A stretch of DNA of 64,000 nt from Nitrospirota bacterium (GTDB taxonomy: Bacteria; Nitrospirota; UBA9217). The notes under the pieces are model-generated. The model saw only the letters and a list, made by a program, of their open reading frames with translations. It did not search any database and was not told the origin of the DNA. The stretch spans positions 128,001 through 192,000 of the forward strand of contig CAVVOB010000014.1 of NCBI GenBank assembly GCA_963749655.1, read 5' to 3'. Made by a program: the position numbers and the translations under genes. This document shows positions 62,356 through 64,000 of this stretch, piece by piece; position 1 is the stretch's first letter, and each line of letters begins with the position of its first letter.

Positions 62356-63276
62356 ATGCCTCCAAAATCGAAAGTCAAAGCCTCAAAGACCATGGTTGCT
62401 TCCAACCAAAAGCTCAAGCTCGGCCTTCCCAAGGGGAGCCTGCAGGAGTCGACCTTCAAGCTCTTCGGCAAGGCCGGCTACCGCGTGCAGGTCAGCTCGC
62501 GAAGCTACTATCCGACCATCGACGATCCGGACATCAGCTGCATCATGGTCAGGGCGCAGGAAATGGCCCGGTACGTGGACAACGGCATCTTCGACGTGGG
62601 TCTCACGGGCAAGGACTGGATCCTGGAGCAGAACGCCGACGTGGTGGAGGTCGCGGAGCTGCGGTATGCCAAGGGCGGCCTGAACCCGGTACGGTGGGTC
62701 GTGGCCGTGCCCGAGGACTCCAAGATCAAGTCAGTCAAGGACCTCAAGGGCAAGCGCATCGCCACGGAGCTTGTGGGGTACACGAAGCGCTATCTGAAAT
62801 CAAAGGGTGTGACCGCTGATGTCGAATTCTCCTGGGGAGCCACGGAAGTAAAACCGCCGCAGCTCGCGGACGCCATCGTTGAGTTGACCGAGACGGGCAG
62901 TTCGCTGAAAGCCAACAAGCTCCGTATCGTGGAAGTGATGCTCGAATCCACCACCCGCCTCGTCGCGAACAAGAAAGCCTGGCAGGACCCGTGGAAGCGG
63001 AAGAAGATCGAGAACATGGCCATGCTGCTCCAGGGAGCGCTCGCGGCCGAGGAAAAGGTCGGCCTCAAGATGAATGTGCCGAAAAAGGCGCTCAAGGACA
63101 TCTGCGGCATCCTGCCGGCCATGCACTCTCCCACGATCTCTCATCAGGCCGATCCCGCCTGGGTGAGCCTGGAGGTCATGCTCGACGAAAAGCAGGCCCG
63201 GGACCTGATCCCGCGGCTGAAGCGACGGGGAGCCTCGGGGATCATCGAGTATCCCCTGAACAAGGTGATACCGTAA
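62356..63276 (+). CDS. hisG: ATP phosphoribosyltransferase, long form
   Basis: [29 protein letters not shown]; C-terminal regulatory domain (SPTIS). Confidence 0.95.
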   Translation: MPPKSKVKASKTMVASNQKLKLGLPKGSLQESTFKLFGKAGYRVQVSSRSYYPTIDDPDISCIMVRAQEMARYVDNGIFDVGLTGKDWILEQNADVVEVAELRYAKGGLNPVRWVVAVPEDSKIKSVKDLKGKRIATELVGYTKRYLKSKGVTADVEFSWGATEVKPPQLADAIVELTETGSSLKANKLRIVEVMLESTTRLVANKKAWQDPWKRKKIENMAMLLQGALAAEEKVGLKMNVPKKALKDICGILPAMHSPTISHQADPAWVSLEVMLDEKQARDLIPRLKRRGASGIIEYPLNKVIP

Positions 63277-63284
63277 CAGACATG

Positions 63285-63309
63285 AAAGGCGGCCCGATGG
63301 CCGCCTTTT
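63285..63309 (+). terminator. Intrinsic terminator after hisG
   Basis: AAAGGCGGCC-CGAT-GGCCGCCTTTT. Confidence 0.8.
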
Positions 63310-63330
63310 GTATTTCCGGGTTTCAACCTC

Positions 63331-63416
63331 GTAGGTCGGGCTGAACGGTTCAGGTGAATCCCGACGCTTCACAATCAGTGATGTTGGGCACGATGAACCT
63401 TTTTTGACCGACCTAC
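63331..63416. repeat. GTAG-type REP doublet, second copy
   Basis: GTAGGTCGGG...CCCGAC...GTTGGG...CCGACCTAC. Confidence 0.7.
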
Positions 63417-63448
63417 GGAGTTCGACTAATTTTCATCGACTAAAGAGT

Positions 63449-64000
63449 CTATTTTATTAATTGCCATCTAACCCCATCAAATTTGACAGGTATAAAATCT
63501 TTATTTTCATAAACACCCGCTTGCCCATCTTTAGATACTGAATCGTACCACCGTCCGTTTAACCAAATTTGTGCATGCTTATTATCAGGAAGAGACAACT
63601 TCAGATCGGGCTGCCCATCCATATTAAAATCAGCCACTTCACCTGATAAAGAACCTTTATCGTCAAAAGTCTTGTAAGATATTTTATGAAACAAACCATT
63701 CTTATCCTGATCCTGAAGAGTAAAAATAACTTTAGAAGAATCGTCCTGTAATTTTTCACTGAACAAATTCAGCCCAAAGCCATCCTGAAAAATGAGAAAA
63801 GGCCCCTTTTCTGTCCAGATAAATAAAGTATCACTGCTGCCCTCCGCAGGAACAGCAATCTTATAGAATCCCAAATTGCATATCTTCGCCTTCTTGATCC
63901 AGTCGCCTCCCAGTAGCTGCATGATTTTCGCTTCCTCTTTAGTTCGACCTTGCGACAAGTCTCCAATAACGCAGTCTGGGCCTGCGGTGACAGCGTAGGG
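63449..64000 (-). CDS. AT-rich hypothetical protein, 5' end probably outside window
   Basis: Frame stays open to the window end; DFNMDGQPD Ca-loop-like motif. Confidence 0.6.
   Translation of the reverse strand, partial: PYAVTAGPDCVIGDLSQGRTKEEAKIMQLLGGDWIKKAKICNLGFYKIAVPAEGSSDTLFIWTEKGPFLIFQDGFGLNLFSEKLQDDSSKVIFTLQDQDKNGLFHKISYKTFDDKGSLSGEVADFNMDGQPDLKLSLPDNKHAQIWLNGRWYDSVSKDGQAGVYENKDFIPVKFDGVRWQLIK

Overview
GC-rich bacterial chromosomal window. By inference it comes from a Nitrospirota/Desulfobacterota-like anaerobe or microaerophile, based on the rho-rpmE-DUF1385-prfA-prmC-murA-his gene order, DsrC/DsrT homologues, split b6-type cytochrome b and sigma-54 regulators. Housekeeping blocks are smpB; rpiB-glyA-dCMP deaminase-nrdR-priA; endoQ/uvrD-pcnB-rsmE; and rho-rpmE-yqhQ-prfA-prmC-murA-hisD-hisG. 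These alternate with accessory regions: (i) a cluster of Cys-Gly(n) beta-propeller lipoproteins with a duplicated propeller+TPR module (7.9-15.3 kb); (ii) an AT-rich stand-alone AAA ATPase followed by an attC-like hairpin; (iii) a ~10 kb candidate sensory/response locus (28.5-38.5 kb) with two permease-less Tat-exported NMT1/THI5-like binding proteins, a HAMP kinase, a single-domain receiver and a HisKA-HisKA-REC-sigma54 activator, followed by a putative sigma-54 operon that hides a CxxU selenoprotein (AhpD/CMD-like, with a SECIS-like hairpin) plus DUF6632, a Tat MBL-fold hydrolase and a lipocalin; (iv) a PAS-sigma54 activator with a divergent USP pair and a YeeE transporter; (v) a Rieske/cytochrome b6/subunit IV operon with no c-type cytochrome. 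Many conserved or essential genes carry single-base frameshifts, most likely long-read assembly errors. Intergenic spaces are packed with 7-/9-nt periodic palindromic repeats, REP-like pairs and a dispersed ~124-bp element. No rRNA, tRNA, CRISPR array, integrase or transposase was seen.
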